Notes: generated from the letters alone by a model not told the origin. Positions 13,546 through 27,029 are shown, counted from the first letter of the whole stretch. The stretch is 63,280 nt of DNA, filler included, from Octopus bimaculoides (GCF_001194135.2; 5 parts of 5 records of this genome joined end to end with filler, not necessarily neighbours in it), one strand, 5' to 3'. Translations and numbers: made by a program.

Positions 13546-14427
13546 CACCTGCACACATGTGTCCATAGTTTATACCTTCATTTGAAGCTGATGATTTCAC
13601 TCCATTGCTGCTCAAATATTTCCTCTGGTTGAAAGATCATCATGTTTGTGTATAAGGTGTGTGTGTGTATGTGTGTGTGTTTTGTATCAGTTTGTATAAT
13701 AATGAATTTCTGAAGAATACTTTGTGTGTTTGAATATACATATGGATGTATATAGTATCCGTAAACATTTGGCAATGTGTTCGACTATTGGGTGTCAACC
13801 AGGTTGTAATATATTTGGAATAATTCAAATATTTTCTCTGCAAGAAATCTTAATAATTCCACATGGGCTGTTCAACTATTTAATGTGTTTTCAATAAGAT
13901 TACTAACTCTTTGAGGTGTGTGAGTGTAAACATATGCAGTCAGGAGGTTTGAGAGTTGAATATATACATTTATTTAACCAAGTGACTTCTATTAGATTAC
14001 AGTTGTTTCGCAACCTTTTTCATGTAGTATTAATTTTGGCATGCAAGAAATCATGTGATCTTGTTTGCATTATTATGTATGCTTGGCATTATAGAATACA
14101 ATTGTGTATTCACAAATTAATGCAAATAAAGAAAGTTAGCTCATCAGGTCACCTGAACATCATGGTTATGTCGACATTTCAACTCTATGAATATACATTC
14201 CTATTGTGTCATGCCAAGCATGTTTTTCAATGTATTTATATAAACCTCTGGGAATAATTTCATTGCTTAGATTTTGCGGATTTTCAATTACATGGATACT
14301 TGACATTACTCTATTTTGTAATTGTTTACTATGTGGACTGATAGCGGAGTTCATAAGAGGAGCTTACTGTGACAGCCATGCAATTCTCTCTGATTCTACA
14401 TTGTATACTACTCTTGCTCTCTCTCTC

Positions 14428-14473
<46 letters not shown>

Positions 14474-15250
14474 CAATGCTTGTTTTTATGTCGGGTTATA
14501 AGAACAATTTAACATTAAACTGGAGGATTACTCAATGCTTTTACAAACAGGGAGAGTGATAGTGACTTCAAAGTTTCTGCCTGTTTGCCTTCATCAGATA
14601 GATAGATAGATAGATAGATATGACAATAATACTCAACACAGAACGTATTAGAAAACTAAGATAAATGAAAACTAGTCTTCTAACAGCTTAGCAGTGAGAC
14701 TGTAAACAGATGTAAATACACTTAATTATTCTCTTTGCAAACACACAAAGAAATAAGATAATAATAAAAGATATGGTCCTTGCATCTGTTACAGTTCATT
14801 GACCACTAACCAAGCTGCAAAGTATCCTACTCAATTTTCTGTCCAGCCTGAGATCCTGGAGCAGGTCACTATTTACATCAAACACAAACCTGATCTTTGT
14901 TATAATGGCAACATTAATATCCATATGATGTATAAATACATCAGCATTGTAATTAATCAATTGATAGACATTTTTGCACAAAACAGAATGCTTTAGAAAC
15001 ATAAGACAAAAGTATAATCGTTAACTAATGGATTTTAATGAGAAGTGTTGTTTGTCTTATTTTTATTTTATAAGCCGTTGTTACAAAGCATTTATTGTCC
15101 GTTTTGCGCAGAGACAATTCTGCTGACAGGTCTCTCAGGACATTGATTTCCCATCAGATCACTAGGAACCCTTCGAATTCGTACATGTAGAGGGAGCCTA
15201 CAGTGAAGTACTCTTGAATTCAAACACACTGCATCATATATGTCTGAATA

Positions 15251-15291
<41 letters not shown>

Positions 15292-15529
15292 TGTGTGTGT
15301 GGGTGTAAATATGTATGCATGTATATAGACTTATGTGTAGGAGTGTGAGAATATAAATATATATATGTATATATATATATCATCATCATCATCGTTTAAC
15401 GTCCGCTTTCCATGCTAGCATGGGTTGGACGATGTATATATATATGTATGTATGTATGTGTATATATATATATATGTGTATGTGTATATATATATATATA
15501 TATGTGTGTATGTATGAATGTATGTATAT

Positions 15530-15629
15530 NNNNNNNNNNNNNNNNNNNNNNNNNNNNNNNNNNNNNNNNNNNNTTAATTAATTAANNNNNNNNNNNNNNN
15601 NNNNNNNNNNNNNNNNNNNNNNNNNNNNN
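15530..15629. other. Artificial scaffold spacer 44N-TTAATTAATTAA-44N
   Basis: The same 100-bp construct recurs at 38506-38605, 43773-43872 and 61081-61180; the 12-mer has stops in all six frames. Confidence 0.95.
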
Positions 15630-16080
15630 ATATATATATATATACATTTATATATATAGATGTATACATATATATATATAAACATATATATATATACATA
15701 TGTATATACACATATATAAACTTATAAATATGTATATATACATATATATCTATATAAAGAGAAAGAGAGAGAGAAAATAGAGAGGGATAGATAGATGTTG
15801 ATGTATGTATGTATGTATGTATGTATGTATGTATGTATGTATTAGAGAAGGAACAAGCTTGAAGCTGCACCTCATTTCAACTGTCGCTCTTCGGTAAATA
15901 CTGTTGTTGAGGTTTGGTGAATCCATTTCTTATTGTCGTACAGGGAACTACGCATGTGTGTATGTGTATGTTTACACGTGTGTATATCTATGTGCGTGTC
16001 CCTGCGTGTGTGGACGTGTATACACACAGTTACAGAAAGTGAGAATGGGAAATGTTGGAAAGCTGGAATAGATAATGGAA

Positions 16081-16130
<50 letters not shown>

Positions 16131-16921
16131 GGATAGACAAACTGACAGTCAGACAGTCAGACAGACAGGTAGACAGATAGACCGACAAACAGGCAGACAG
16201 AAGGAGTGTTTAATAGGAAGTGTCTGTAAATCTGTATTCAATTAAGATGGATAGCGTATCTTGAGGAAATAAATGAGAAAATGAGAAAAAATAAAAATAA
16301 AAAGCCATCCATCATTTCACCGTAAGCTTACTGCTTCTGGTCACCAAGGTGACCGTTTCAATCACGTGACAGTAGTCTTTATAGTTTATAGAGTGATGGG
16401 ATGACACAAAATGTGGAGTTTCTAACTCAACGATTGGCTGTATTCAGTTTCTGGCGTATAAGTTCTGAGTTCAATTTTTATCGAAGACGATTAATAATTT
16501 CCTCTTTTATCGGACGACGTCCTTCAAACGTTCATTTCGATTAAATCAACCGTTCACTGCTGCCCTCTATTATTATTGTTCTTGAATGTGTTATATTGTT
16601 TGCCTAAAAAGGAAAAACAAGAGACGAAAGATCGATTCATTCCAGTTTAAACCTAACATACACTAATAGACAGAACAAGACATTAAATATTTCCATAAAT
16701 ATGGTTCCGATTCTATGAACCCTAAGAAAATTACAGAGAAAACGAGAAGGACCGCCATTATGTTTCTACCAAAGTATCTTCAGCTGAAGTCTTTAGCTTC
16801 AAAACTGATTTTAACACGATTTAAAGACAAGGCAAAGCGAAGAATTTTCAGATATTACGTCTCAAACTTCGAGTACTCTCTCTTGTAAAATAAACACCAA
16901 AACATATAGAAACATAAGATA

Positions 16922-17412
16922 CGAGGGGTATCGGAAAAGTCTTGAGCCTCCAAAAAAACAAAACATGGTACAAGACTTCTGATGATTTATTTGGCTGAAC
17001 ACTTTCTCCAGCGGTGCTGAAGCGCCATTATCCCGGCGTAGAAGAACTCTTTTGTTTGGGACTCCAAGAAACTTCCTACAGCGTCTATGACGTCATTATC
17101 ACTGGCAAAATGGCGACCAGCCAGGGCTTTTTTGATTTTTCGAAATAGATGAAAGTCAAAGGGGGCTACGTCTGGCGAATAAGGCGGATGGGGAACAAGT
17201 TCGTATCCACAATCACGAATTGTTACCATGGCAACCACTGAGGTGTGGGCTGGAGCATTTTCGTGATGAAAAAGGACTCTTCTAGTGAGCATTCCCGGCC
17301 TTTTTTCTTTGATTGCTTCTCGGAGGCGTTTCAGGTGCTGAGAATAATACAGCCCTGTCACGGTGTGACCCTTTTCAAGGTAATCGATCAGCAAGACACC
17401 TTGAGAATCCCA
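16922..17412 (-). mobile_element. mariner (D,D34D) transposon, 3' half, inactive
   Basis: Minus strand WDSQGVLLIDYLEKG..VLFHHENAPAH..PHPPYSPDVAPFDFHLF; TA followed by a CGAGGGG..AAAAGT TIR at 16920-16940. The second catalytic Asp (HDNA) reads E, and the 5' half is missing. Confidence 0.93.
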
Positions 17413-18289
17413 AGTTTGAAAGTGCTTCGTTAAGAAAACAAATGGTGCCCGTCAATTCAGAAAGATCCCCCAAAAGAGCTGGAGAAGCTATGAGGAAATT
17501 AAAACAACAGCGGATCCAGAAGTCTAATGTTCATAGAGCACCTCCAAGAGCAATTGGCGAAAGAGATCGTCTCGACTTCGGTTCGAAGATCTGACTTGGA
17601 TGTCAATGGACATCTTCTTTCGGTCATAACCAGTAGCGCCACCTCATCGTCTTGTAACATGGAAGAGATGGAAAGCGGGCAGTTATATAGACTATTGAAA
17701 TGGAATTCAGTCCCTTCACGTGGAACTAAGAAGAACTGGTGGGAGATATAAATAATCCACTTGACTATCTCCTTAAAAATTCAATAAAGGCTTACGAGGA
17801 AATGAATTCTGAATGTGTAGACCCTGTTAGAAATATAAATACATTTTATGAAGAATTTATATCAAAACATAAGTCAATGCTACAAAGAATTTTTACGTAA
17901 ACCATTACAAAGACAAGTTTCTTCACTGCTTGCCACGACCCATGATGGCTAACGGGCATTTTTGAAATGGTCAATTACGTGAACCTTCTACCGGAGGAAG
18001 AACAGCAGGATTAATTGGTAAAACTCTGATCTGAGGCTGATGGGGATTTATCAGAAGGCCGGTTGCCTAATTTGCGTTTTAATGGTTGCATATTTAATGT
18101 AAGCATGTATTTATTTTAACTGATATTGAATTATTAAATTGTTACTATATTCATTGCCTAACATCGTTAACCCTTCCCTCGTTTTAGCAAAACGTTGTAT
18201 TTTCCGTATCCTCACAGGTTTTAGCCTGTACGTATAACTTCGAATTTTTTATTTATGCATTAGCGTATAAATAAATAAATTATTGTCAT

Positions 18290-18840
18290 CAAGCTTGTTA
18301 ATTTAATAAGTAGGAATGCTATTTTGAAGTTCAGTGACAACAAGTCACATCATATCTCAAGAAACTCTCTTAAGATTCTTGCAGAATATGAGACGGCACT
18401 TTTCGGCTGGTCGACAATGCGAGTTTCAATTCCAATCTCTTTCCGACTTTTGCGTAGCATTTTCGCTGTTGTGCCAAGTGCAACAATTACCACAGAATCT
18501 TCAGTTCTCTGACTAGATCCTGATATTTCTCACATTCTTTTCTTTGCCATTTTCTCTGCTATCGGCTCTCGTGTCTCTGTGCTCTTACACTGTTTATTTT
18601 GTCCTCTATAACCACATCTGGTTCCTTTGTTTTAATAGTATGGTCAAATGTTATGGGGAAGTCCCATAAGTTGCTTTAGTTCTCGTTCTCTGTCAAAGCC
18701 TCTGGTTCGTGTTGATACTACTTTTCTGTTATTTCGAAGCCACACATTCGGCTAACGTCCCAAATGCACTCATTTACCCTTGCAGTCATGCTTGTACCCA
18801 CACTCTTTTTGTGCTAGCTAACTGCACACGCTGCTAGTAG
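18290..18840 (-). mobile_element. R4/Dong-like non-LTR retrotransposon 3' fragment (RLE domain)
   Basis: Minus strand fragments ..KYQDLVRELKILW..VVIVALGTT..KEIGIETRIVDQPKSAVSYSARILREFLEI*, and upstream HD..VHWD..W/YQHEPE..ENE. Confidence 0.7.
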
Positions 18841-19879
18841 TAGCAGTAATACTAATTCTACTGTTGTTGTTGTGTTATTATTATGATCATTATTATTATA
18901 TTAGGAGATGAATGACAGAAGCACGAAATTGGCGGACAACTTATGGTCGTTTAATCACATTGCTTTATTTAATTAAATAACTGTCACGTATCAGGAGTTT
19001 GATAAAGTAAATACCAGTCATATACTCCATTCAATGATTAATCGATATTTCCTCATTTAAAAATATATAACCTTGCACCTATTTTAGAAATCAATCTGGA
19101 GCCGATTTAATCGAAAATTGTCCTTAGTCCCTGAGTGAGGTTCCGTGCCAATATTGTAAATCAATAATAAGAGAGTGGTAGATGGTAGAATCGTTAAATT
19201 TCATTGTATTATGTTTCATTATGTTATGAGCTCAGACCTAGCAAAGGCCATCTCCCTCATCGACCCACCACCACCACCTAAACTCAATACCAGTCAAGTA
19301 TTTGGTCACGATTTAATCGACTCGGCTCTTCAACGAAATTTATCATCTTGTGCCAACGTTCAAAATAATTCTTTTCTCATCCTTAATTATGTTATTATGT
19401 TATCAGTCACGGCTAGAGTTGTTGGTTTTATCTCTTTCACTCTTTCTTTCTTTTTTTCTTTCATCTCTTCCTATTAAACACAAGAACATCTCCCTAATCG
19501 ATCATATATCTAAAAACTTATCAATCACAACATTTATTATCTTCCAAGGTTTTTTTTTAATTTTTGTTTCTGTTTTCTTTCATTACCTTCTCTTTTCATT
19601 TTTTTTTTTTTCAAAGTTGATATGACTAAATTATAAATATAAAGTTATCATAATGCGCAATTTTCAGTCCAAAACATACTTATTATAATATTACCTACAT
19701 ATTCTGGAGTAAAAACTACGAAATCTCTTCTAATTTCAACGTTTGATTACAACAGAGAAACAATGGATTACTGAGTTATTTATGAATATAATTGTCAAGT
19801 ATGTTTCGCAGCTCAATCGTAATCCCCAAACTTAGATAATGGAATAGCTACTAACGATGATGATGATGGTATTAACTGA

Positions 19880-21880
19880 ATACTCAGAGAGTCAATGTAC
19901 GAACACCTGGAAAAAATGGGGCAGAAGGGTTGCAAGCGTAAGTGCAGAGGTACCAAGGATCAACTCCTGAAATACAAGATTGTACTTAGAGACTGCAAGA
20001 GGAGGAAAAGTAACCTAGCCATGTCATGGATCGACTATCGTAAGGCATACGATATGATCCCACATTCTTGGATTACGGAGTGTATGAACCAGTTTGGCAT
20101 TACATCGAATATTGAGCGATTGCTTGGAAAAAGTATGGCGATTGGAGGACGGACCTGACAGCATACGGAAGAAGTTTAGGGACCGTAGAAATTAGGAGGA
20201 GCATCTTACAAGGGGACTGCCTGTCCCCACTGATCTTTGTACTATGCTTGATACCACTAATACTGATTCTGAGGAAAGCAAAAGCTCGGTATGTATTCAA
20301 AAGCGGCCAACAAAAAGTCAATTATTTGTTATTCATGGATGACCTCAACCTCTATGGTAAACAGGAAGCCCAAGTCAGCTCCCTGGTTGATATGGTGTAC
20401 ACTTCCAGTGCTAACATCAGAATGGAGTTAGGACTGAGAATGTATGGTGTGTTAGGCTTGAAGAGAAGCAAAATCAAATGTATGGACGGGCAAACGATAC
20501 CGTCGGGGAAGGTGATAAATCAGATAGAAGAGACGGGCTATAAGTTACTTGGGGATACTGGAAATGGATAAGATGATGGAGAAAGAAATGACTGAAAAAT
20601 TTAAGGTGGAATACTTGCGCAGACTGAACCTGATCCTTAAGTCGAAATTAAACGGACGGAATAAGATCGAAGTTATCAACACCTGCGCGGTTTCACTCCT
20701 TAGATATGGAGTAGGGGTAATCGCATGGACAGTAGAAGGACTAAACATCTTAGACAGAAAGACAAAGAAGTTGCTAACTAGATATGGGTCACTCCACCCA
20801 AAAGGTGACACAGACAGGCTGTGTGTACCAAGAAAAAGTGGGGGAAGAGGACTGATTGGATGTGAACACAGCATTAGAGAAGAAAACAACATAGCATGGT
20901 ATGTAAAAAAATGCTATAGAACTGCTATTATTAGAAGTAAAATGTTCACGCTTGTATAGGATAAAAGATTGCAAAGATAAAGTACTATCCATGAAATTGA
21001 AAACGAATGAAACTGAAAATAGGTGGGTAAAGAAAAGAATGCACGGTCAATTTCATAGGGATGTTGAAGATAAGACAGACAGAGAAAAAAGATGGCTGTG
21101 GATGACTAACAGTGATTAAAAACAGGAAACGGGGGCTCTAATCTGTGCTGCCCAAGTGCAAGCACTAAGAGCAAACTACATAACATACAGAATAGACAGC
21201 ACATCTGAAAGTGATAAGTGCAGAATCTGTGGACAAAACGGTGAAGCCGTATGGCATATTACCAGCCAATGTATGCCACTAAACCAGAAGGAATATAAGA
21301 GATGCCACGACAATATAGCAAGGATTGTCCATTGGACACTTTCCCAGAAATATGGACTTGAGAGAGCAAACAATTGGTACGGCCACAAACCTGAAGGCAT
21401 CGTCGAAAATGATAATGCAAAGATCTTATGGGATTTTATGATTAAGTGCGACTATGAGATAGAGAATAGGAAGCCGGACATAGTCTTGAGAAAGAAAACA
21501 AGGTATGCTGGATCATAGATATAGCATGCCCAGCTGACAACAAGGTATACGATAAGGAAGAAAGAAAAGTCGAGAGATATGACAGGTTAGCATGGGAAGT
21601 TAAGCAGTCATGGTCGATGAAAAACGTAGCAGTAGTACCAGTAATTGTCGGAGCCCTGGGAACAGTGAGCAAAATCCCCGAGAAATACGTGGAACAAATA
21701 GGGGCTGCAATAAGGGTGGAGCACTTGCAGAAAACAGCACTGCTTGGAACCGCTCAAATACTCCGTAAAGTGCTCGAAAATTAAGGGGCGTTACCTTACT
21801 TCACTGGTAGTGAACAGCTGACACTGTAGGACATCTCCAGCGTTAGAAGCTGTGCAAAGGCAATGATAATAATAATTATT
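19880..21880 (+). mobile_element. R4/Dong-like (RLE-type) non-LTR retrotransposon, 5'-truncated, frameshifted
   Basis: RT motifs [40 protein letters not shown]; CCHC knuckle CRICG..VWHITSQC; RLE RKPDIV..IDIACP; 3' UTR ending in a (TAA)n-like tail at about 21865-21880. Confidence 0.92.
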
Positions 21881-21973
21881 ATACTGATAACGTATGTATG
21901 ATCGATGGAGAGAAAGAGGATTGTTTCAACTCGCGGAACAGAGATTATGTGATAAAGATAGAGCTGTAAAATG

Positions 21974-21974
<1 letters not shown>

Positions 21975-22043
<69 letters not shown>
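21975..22043. repeat. (TAA)n microsatellite between two retroelement copies
   Basis: About 22 TAA units. Confidence 0.95.
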
Positions 22044-22046
<3 letters not shown>

Positions 22047-22079
22047 ACGGAAGCGGTTGGATCTTCCCATGTTTCCAGG

Positions 22080-22865
22080 TAGTTCATTTAGTGTCCAGAT
22101 AATTGCTGCACAAGACCAAAGCCTCCGCACCAGAAATTACCAAAATCATATAATTAAAAGAAACATCACAAGTGAGAGCAGATTATGTGGAGGTGGACAA
22201 GAAACACTAAATCATATTGTCTCTGGCTGCCCAGTCCTGGCTAAGAAGGAATATATTCACAGACACCACAGAGTTGGGACCTACATACACTGGAAGCTAT
22301 GCCAACACTATGGAATAATAACAGAAAAAAGATGATATAGACACACGCTAGAAAAGGTCACAGAAAACGAGAAAGCAACCATACTCTGGGATATGCCAAT
22401 ACACACAGATAGAGAAATTAAGGCAAACAGACCAGATATAGTTGTCAAAGATCATGAAGAAAGAAAATGCTTCCTAATTGATGTATCAATACCAGCAGAT
22501 GACAACGTTTCCCTAAAAGAAATGGAGAAATTTTCAAAATACAAAGACCTGGAAATAGAGGTAACTCGAATGTGGAATCTAAAAACAGAAACAGTTCCTA
22601 TCTTAGTGGGCGCATTAGATACGATAAAAAAATATTTAGACAAATATATAATAAAAACACCAGGATTCCCAAATATAACATAAAGAAAATTGCTCTACTG
22701 GGCACTGCACACATCCTACGCAAAACACTTTCAATACAGCAACCATAAGAGAATCACAGCAAACCACAGCACATACCCAAGGCACACAGAGCTGCGCTCG
22801 GTAGTGAAGTGAAAGCACGTTATAAAAATAACACTACTGAATAATAACGATAATAATAACAACGA
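22080..22865 (+). mobile_element. R4/Dong-like retrotransposon 3' portion (second subfamily)
   Basis: AAQDQSLRT, HIVSGCPVL..EYIHRH, RPDIVV..FLIDVSIP.DDN..EK.SKYKDL; 3' UTR then a degenerate (TAA)n tail. Confidence 0.88.
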
Positions 22866-22869
22866 CAAT

Positions 22870-23030
22870 AATAAGCCTTTCAAGAATAAGCACAAGGCCT
22901 GAAATTTGGGGGAGGGGCCGACCCCGAAAGGATTAAAAGCAAAGTCGAGCTCAGAACGTAGCGACGGACGAAATACTTAATGGTATTTCGTCCTGCGTGC
23001 TAACGATTCTGCTAGCTCACCGCCTTCAAC
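22870..23030 (-). mobile_element. tRNA-derived SINE type B ((ATT)n-tailed), internally deleted
   Basis: Minus strand ggcggtgagctagcagaatcgttagcacg..gttctgagc..cccccaaatttcaggccttgtgc. Confidence 0.75.
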
Positions 23031-23084
23031 AACAGCAATAATAATAATAATACTACGACGATGATGAAACGAGGAAAGCTTGTC

Positions 23085-24365
23085 AGGACAGGAGGCATAT
23101 GTCTACCAAGTGGTGAGATGATGAAGGTAATTGAACCTCAATCCTGCTATAAATACCTGGGAATACTTGAGGCAGATGGAATTTAACCCCACGACATGAA
23201 GGAAAAGACAAAAAGAGAGGACTTGCAACGAGTGAGAAAAATACTGGCTTCAAAGCCGAATGCCAGAAGCATAATTTCGGCAATAAACTCGTGCGCATTA
23301 TTTCGGTATGGCGCTGGAATCCTGAAGTGGACAGACGAGGAGCTAAAGAAGACGGACAGGAAGTCAAGGAAGCTCCTAACGATGTAAGGTGTCCATCATC
23401 CACGTGCAGACACTGATCGCCTATAGAGGAAGAGAGCAAATGGAAGAAGGGAAATGGTAAGTGTGGTAAGGGAAATGCGTTCGTATCGAACTGGATAGAT
23501 TAATGAGATACTTAGCTCAAAGTAAGGAAACCTTGCTACTGGCAGCTAGGAACGAGGCAGTACTGAGAGCAGAGAAAAAAGAAAGGAAGAAGTAGAAATA
23601 GGACATGAGGAAGAATGGCACAATAAGTGATTACACAATCAGTTACATATAGCCATGACAGAAGTTGCTGGAAACAAAAGGTGGCATTGGCTGAAGAGAT
23701 GAACATTAAAAAGAAAAAAGAGACCGACAGCACTATACTGACAGCGCATGACCAAATTTTTGGCCACGAATTGAAGGGTCAACCTGAAGAATGAATAAAA
23801 GTGGAGGAAACCATTACCCATGTCACGAACGAATGCCCTGGACTTGCCCAAAACCACTACAAATTTTGGCGACACGATCAGGTAGCAAAATGCTACATAA
23901 GAAACTGTGTGAAAAGTGGCGGCTAGAGAGATGCAGGAGGTAGTATGAGCACAAACTGCAGAGAGTGACGGAGTCGGAGACTAGCAAAATCCTCCGGGAT
24001 TTCCCAATTCAAACAGGTCAGGTGCTAGAGCATAACAGACCGGACCAAGGGGTGGTGGACAAGGTGCACCACATGTTCTAGGTAGTTGATGTTGCATGTC
24101 CATTTGACCCAAGAATAGCCAAGAAGGAAGGCAAAAATTTAAATAGATAAAGCCCTTTTCGAAGTACGCAATAGCCTGGCTATGCAAAATGCAGAAGGTG
24201 AAGATAGTGCCAATTATTGTTGAGTCTTTGAGAACAGTATCATAGGGCATCAAGGGGAATATAAAAGAAATCGGGATAGAGTGCCCAGGAGAACTGTTGC
24301 AAAAGGCTTGCCTCCTTAGCATGGCCAGAATAATCAGAAAAATATTAGATAGGTGGAAAGAATGG
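23085..24365 (+). mobile_element. R4/Dong-like retrotransposon fragment (third subfamily)
   Basis: YKYLGILE..RVRKIL..RYGAGILKWT..HPRADTDRL..RHDQVAK..WDFPIQT..NRPD..DVACPFD..LQKACLL..ARIIRK, with stops and frameshifts. Confidence 0.85.
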
Positions 24366-24439
24366 ACTGCATGGGACGTAAAAACAGAAACACACTCACA
24401 CTCACACATGCGCGCGCATACACACACAAACACACACAT

Positions 24440-24600
24440 TTGACATGCTTCTTTTAGCTTCTGTCTACGAAATCCACTCACAAGGATTTGGTCAGCCGGA
24501 GACTATAGCAGAAGACACTTCGTTCAAGGTACGACGCAAGAGAACTGAACCCGGGACCATGTGTTTAGGAAGGAAGCTTCTTACTGCGCAGCCACACCAA
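24440..24600 (-). mobile_element. SINE type A head
   Basis: gtctacgaaatccactcacaagg..gaactgaacccgggaccatgtg..cttactgcgcagccac. Confidence 0.75.
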
Positions 24601-24829
24601 GACTGAGAGAAGTCATTCAGTTTCATTGACTGAAACGGAAAGGACATGAACATTAATACCAAATCAAAACTGAATTAAAGACCATTATAAATCGTCTGCC
24701 TTCATGGAAATGGTATAATAATTGGAAAGAAGAAGAAAAGCCTTACGGAAATCAAGAATTTAAGGACAAGTATTAACGTAAGAAAAATAAAAAATTAAGA
24801 TAAGGGTGAATGAGTATCATGCTCTTCAG

Positions 24830-25015
24830 GATACTCATTGTATATATGCTTTCTCTCCTTGTTTCTCTCCTTATTTCTTTCTGTGTTCCTTTCTGTTGAA
24901 GAGCGTAGGCTCGAAACGTTAAAGACTTTCTCTATTCCCGAGCGTTATACTAATACATTCATTTGTTGTTTACACCACCTGTCTTCGTCTGTTGTTTTTC
25001 GTGAATTCTCCCATA
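24830..25015 (+). mobile_element. Penelope-like pseudo-LTR relic with a degenerate hammerhead-like core
   Basis: TTGAAGAG-CGTAGG-CTCGAAACGTT at 24896-24920 resembles the CTGANGA..GAAAC minimal hammerhead core known from Penelope-like elements. Confidence 0.45.
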
Positions 25016-25645
25016 GATATATTGATAGATAGATGTGAATAAGTTGTCCGTGTGCCTCGCGTCTGTATGCATGGGAGAAACTATGTTTGTCTCTATGTAA
25101 GTAGAGCTGTATATGGAGTTTATTTCTGAATTATGCATAACTATACCACTTCATATATTATATCGTAATATATATATACATTCATATATGTATCTGATAT
25201 CATATGTTATATGTCGTCAAAGAAAGGAGATATTCGCATATTCGTTTGAAGAGGAAAAAAAACACTGCCCAGTAAATACTAAATGCACAATAGAACGTTA
25301 TAGAGCGAACTTTTGAAACTCCGATACAGAAGCAATTAGGATTTCAAACAGACTGTCGGTTTAACGTATTATTTGTCTGACATCTGTCCATGACAATGAA
25401 TATATATCAGGCTGCATTGGGATACACAGTATACAGATAATTGGCCGGTTTTATTGGAAAGATATTCATATATATGTGTGTGTGTGTGTGTGCTTTTGTG
25501 GGATGTACGTTTGTGGGTGTTGATACACACATATATATATAATGTATGTGTGTATGTGTGTATATATATGTATGTGTGTGTGTGGGTGTATGTATGTATG
25601 TACGTATGTATGTATGTGAGTGTGTATGTATATGTATTTGTGTGT

Positions 25646-25689
<44 letters not shown>

Positions 25690-25714
25690 ACACACAAATA
25701 CATATACATATGTA

Positions 25715-25745
<31 letters not shown>

Positions 25746-27029
25746 GAAACAAGCAATTATTGTTGCAATCAAAATATCGATACGAAAGGGAATGTATCTG
25801 TGCCTATTAGTGTGTGTGTGTACCTGTGTGCGTGTACGTACGTGTGTATGTATTTGTGTATCCAACTCTTCAACTGCGGATGAAGATTTATGTTCAAGAA
25901 ACATATCAACAAAAACAAGTCTTGTTTCGGTTCCTGCAATAAATTTCCATTGAAAACAAAATAAATTTTAATAACGTTTCTTTTTTTTAAGCGCCAGATA
26001 AGGCATCATGTTGGAGAGAGAGTACAAGAACGAAATAACATTTGTGGCGGCGAATGCGGGGTGCATAGGGCAAGATGGTGACTTAATAACCAGAAAGAAC
26101 AATAACAAGGAACTAGAAATGACCCAAAATGAAGGAGGAATTGGTCGGGCGATTCAGGGTAAATTATTGAGAACCTGAGACACCGAAATCAGAAACATTC
26201 CACCAGTTCTTGTCTCCATTTTATAGCTACATGGTTAAGATATGGCCATTTTGTTAGGTCGTCGACCCTCTTTCACAGAACATACTTGAAGGTAACGTAA
26301 CCTCATCCATTCTTATTTCCTACTTTTCCCTGTGGTTCTTGGAAAATGTTAATAATGGAAAAAGCATGAGTCATGAAGTCTGTCCTCAAAGCTTTCATCC
26401 ACTACACAGCTTCATTAGCCAAAGCTACCAATTAGAGGTTAACTAGCTCCACTTGCATTGCTTAAACACAAAAGGTATTGAGTGAAACTTTGCAATAGAT
26501 TCAGTGTAATAACAATTGTTCTACTTAAATTACAACACAGTAATGTCAGGCAATGATTATGTGTTGGTCTGTTTCGTCACCCTCTGTGCATCTCAACACA
26601 GTTGAATGTCATTCGAAAATGGCTATACCTTTAGAGATTTTTCTCCAAGGCACAACGACCCTTGTAACACTGCCTAGCCAAGGGCTTTTGGAAATTGTTC
26701 ATAATTTTTATTTGAATGTTTCCTCAGAATATATTCGCTGATGCACAAAATCGTTCCCTCGCCATCGTACCTTCCCGATTCGTCAGCCTCTTTTGTTCAC
26801 TGCATTCATCTGATGGCTGTGAAACATTGTAGATTCCAAAACGCCCAACATCGGTTTCTATTTGGCCCAGAACTGAAGTTTAGTGGAGTATATGTCTCAC
26901 CACAGACAATATTACTTTTCCACATTCATCATCGTCATCGCCAACATTGCCGCCATGAGCATTGTCGCCCTCGCTGTCCGCGTATAAAATTTTCTGCAGC
27001 TTTTGTTACCTCTGTACGTGTCTGCGTAC

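Noticed and set aside
15574-15585. Palindromic TTAATTAATTAA recurring four times (also 38550, 43817, 61125)
   Set aside because: It is always flanked by exactly 44 Ns on each side (100 bp total) and has stops in all frames, so it is an assembly spacer and not biology.
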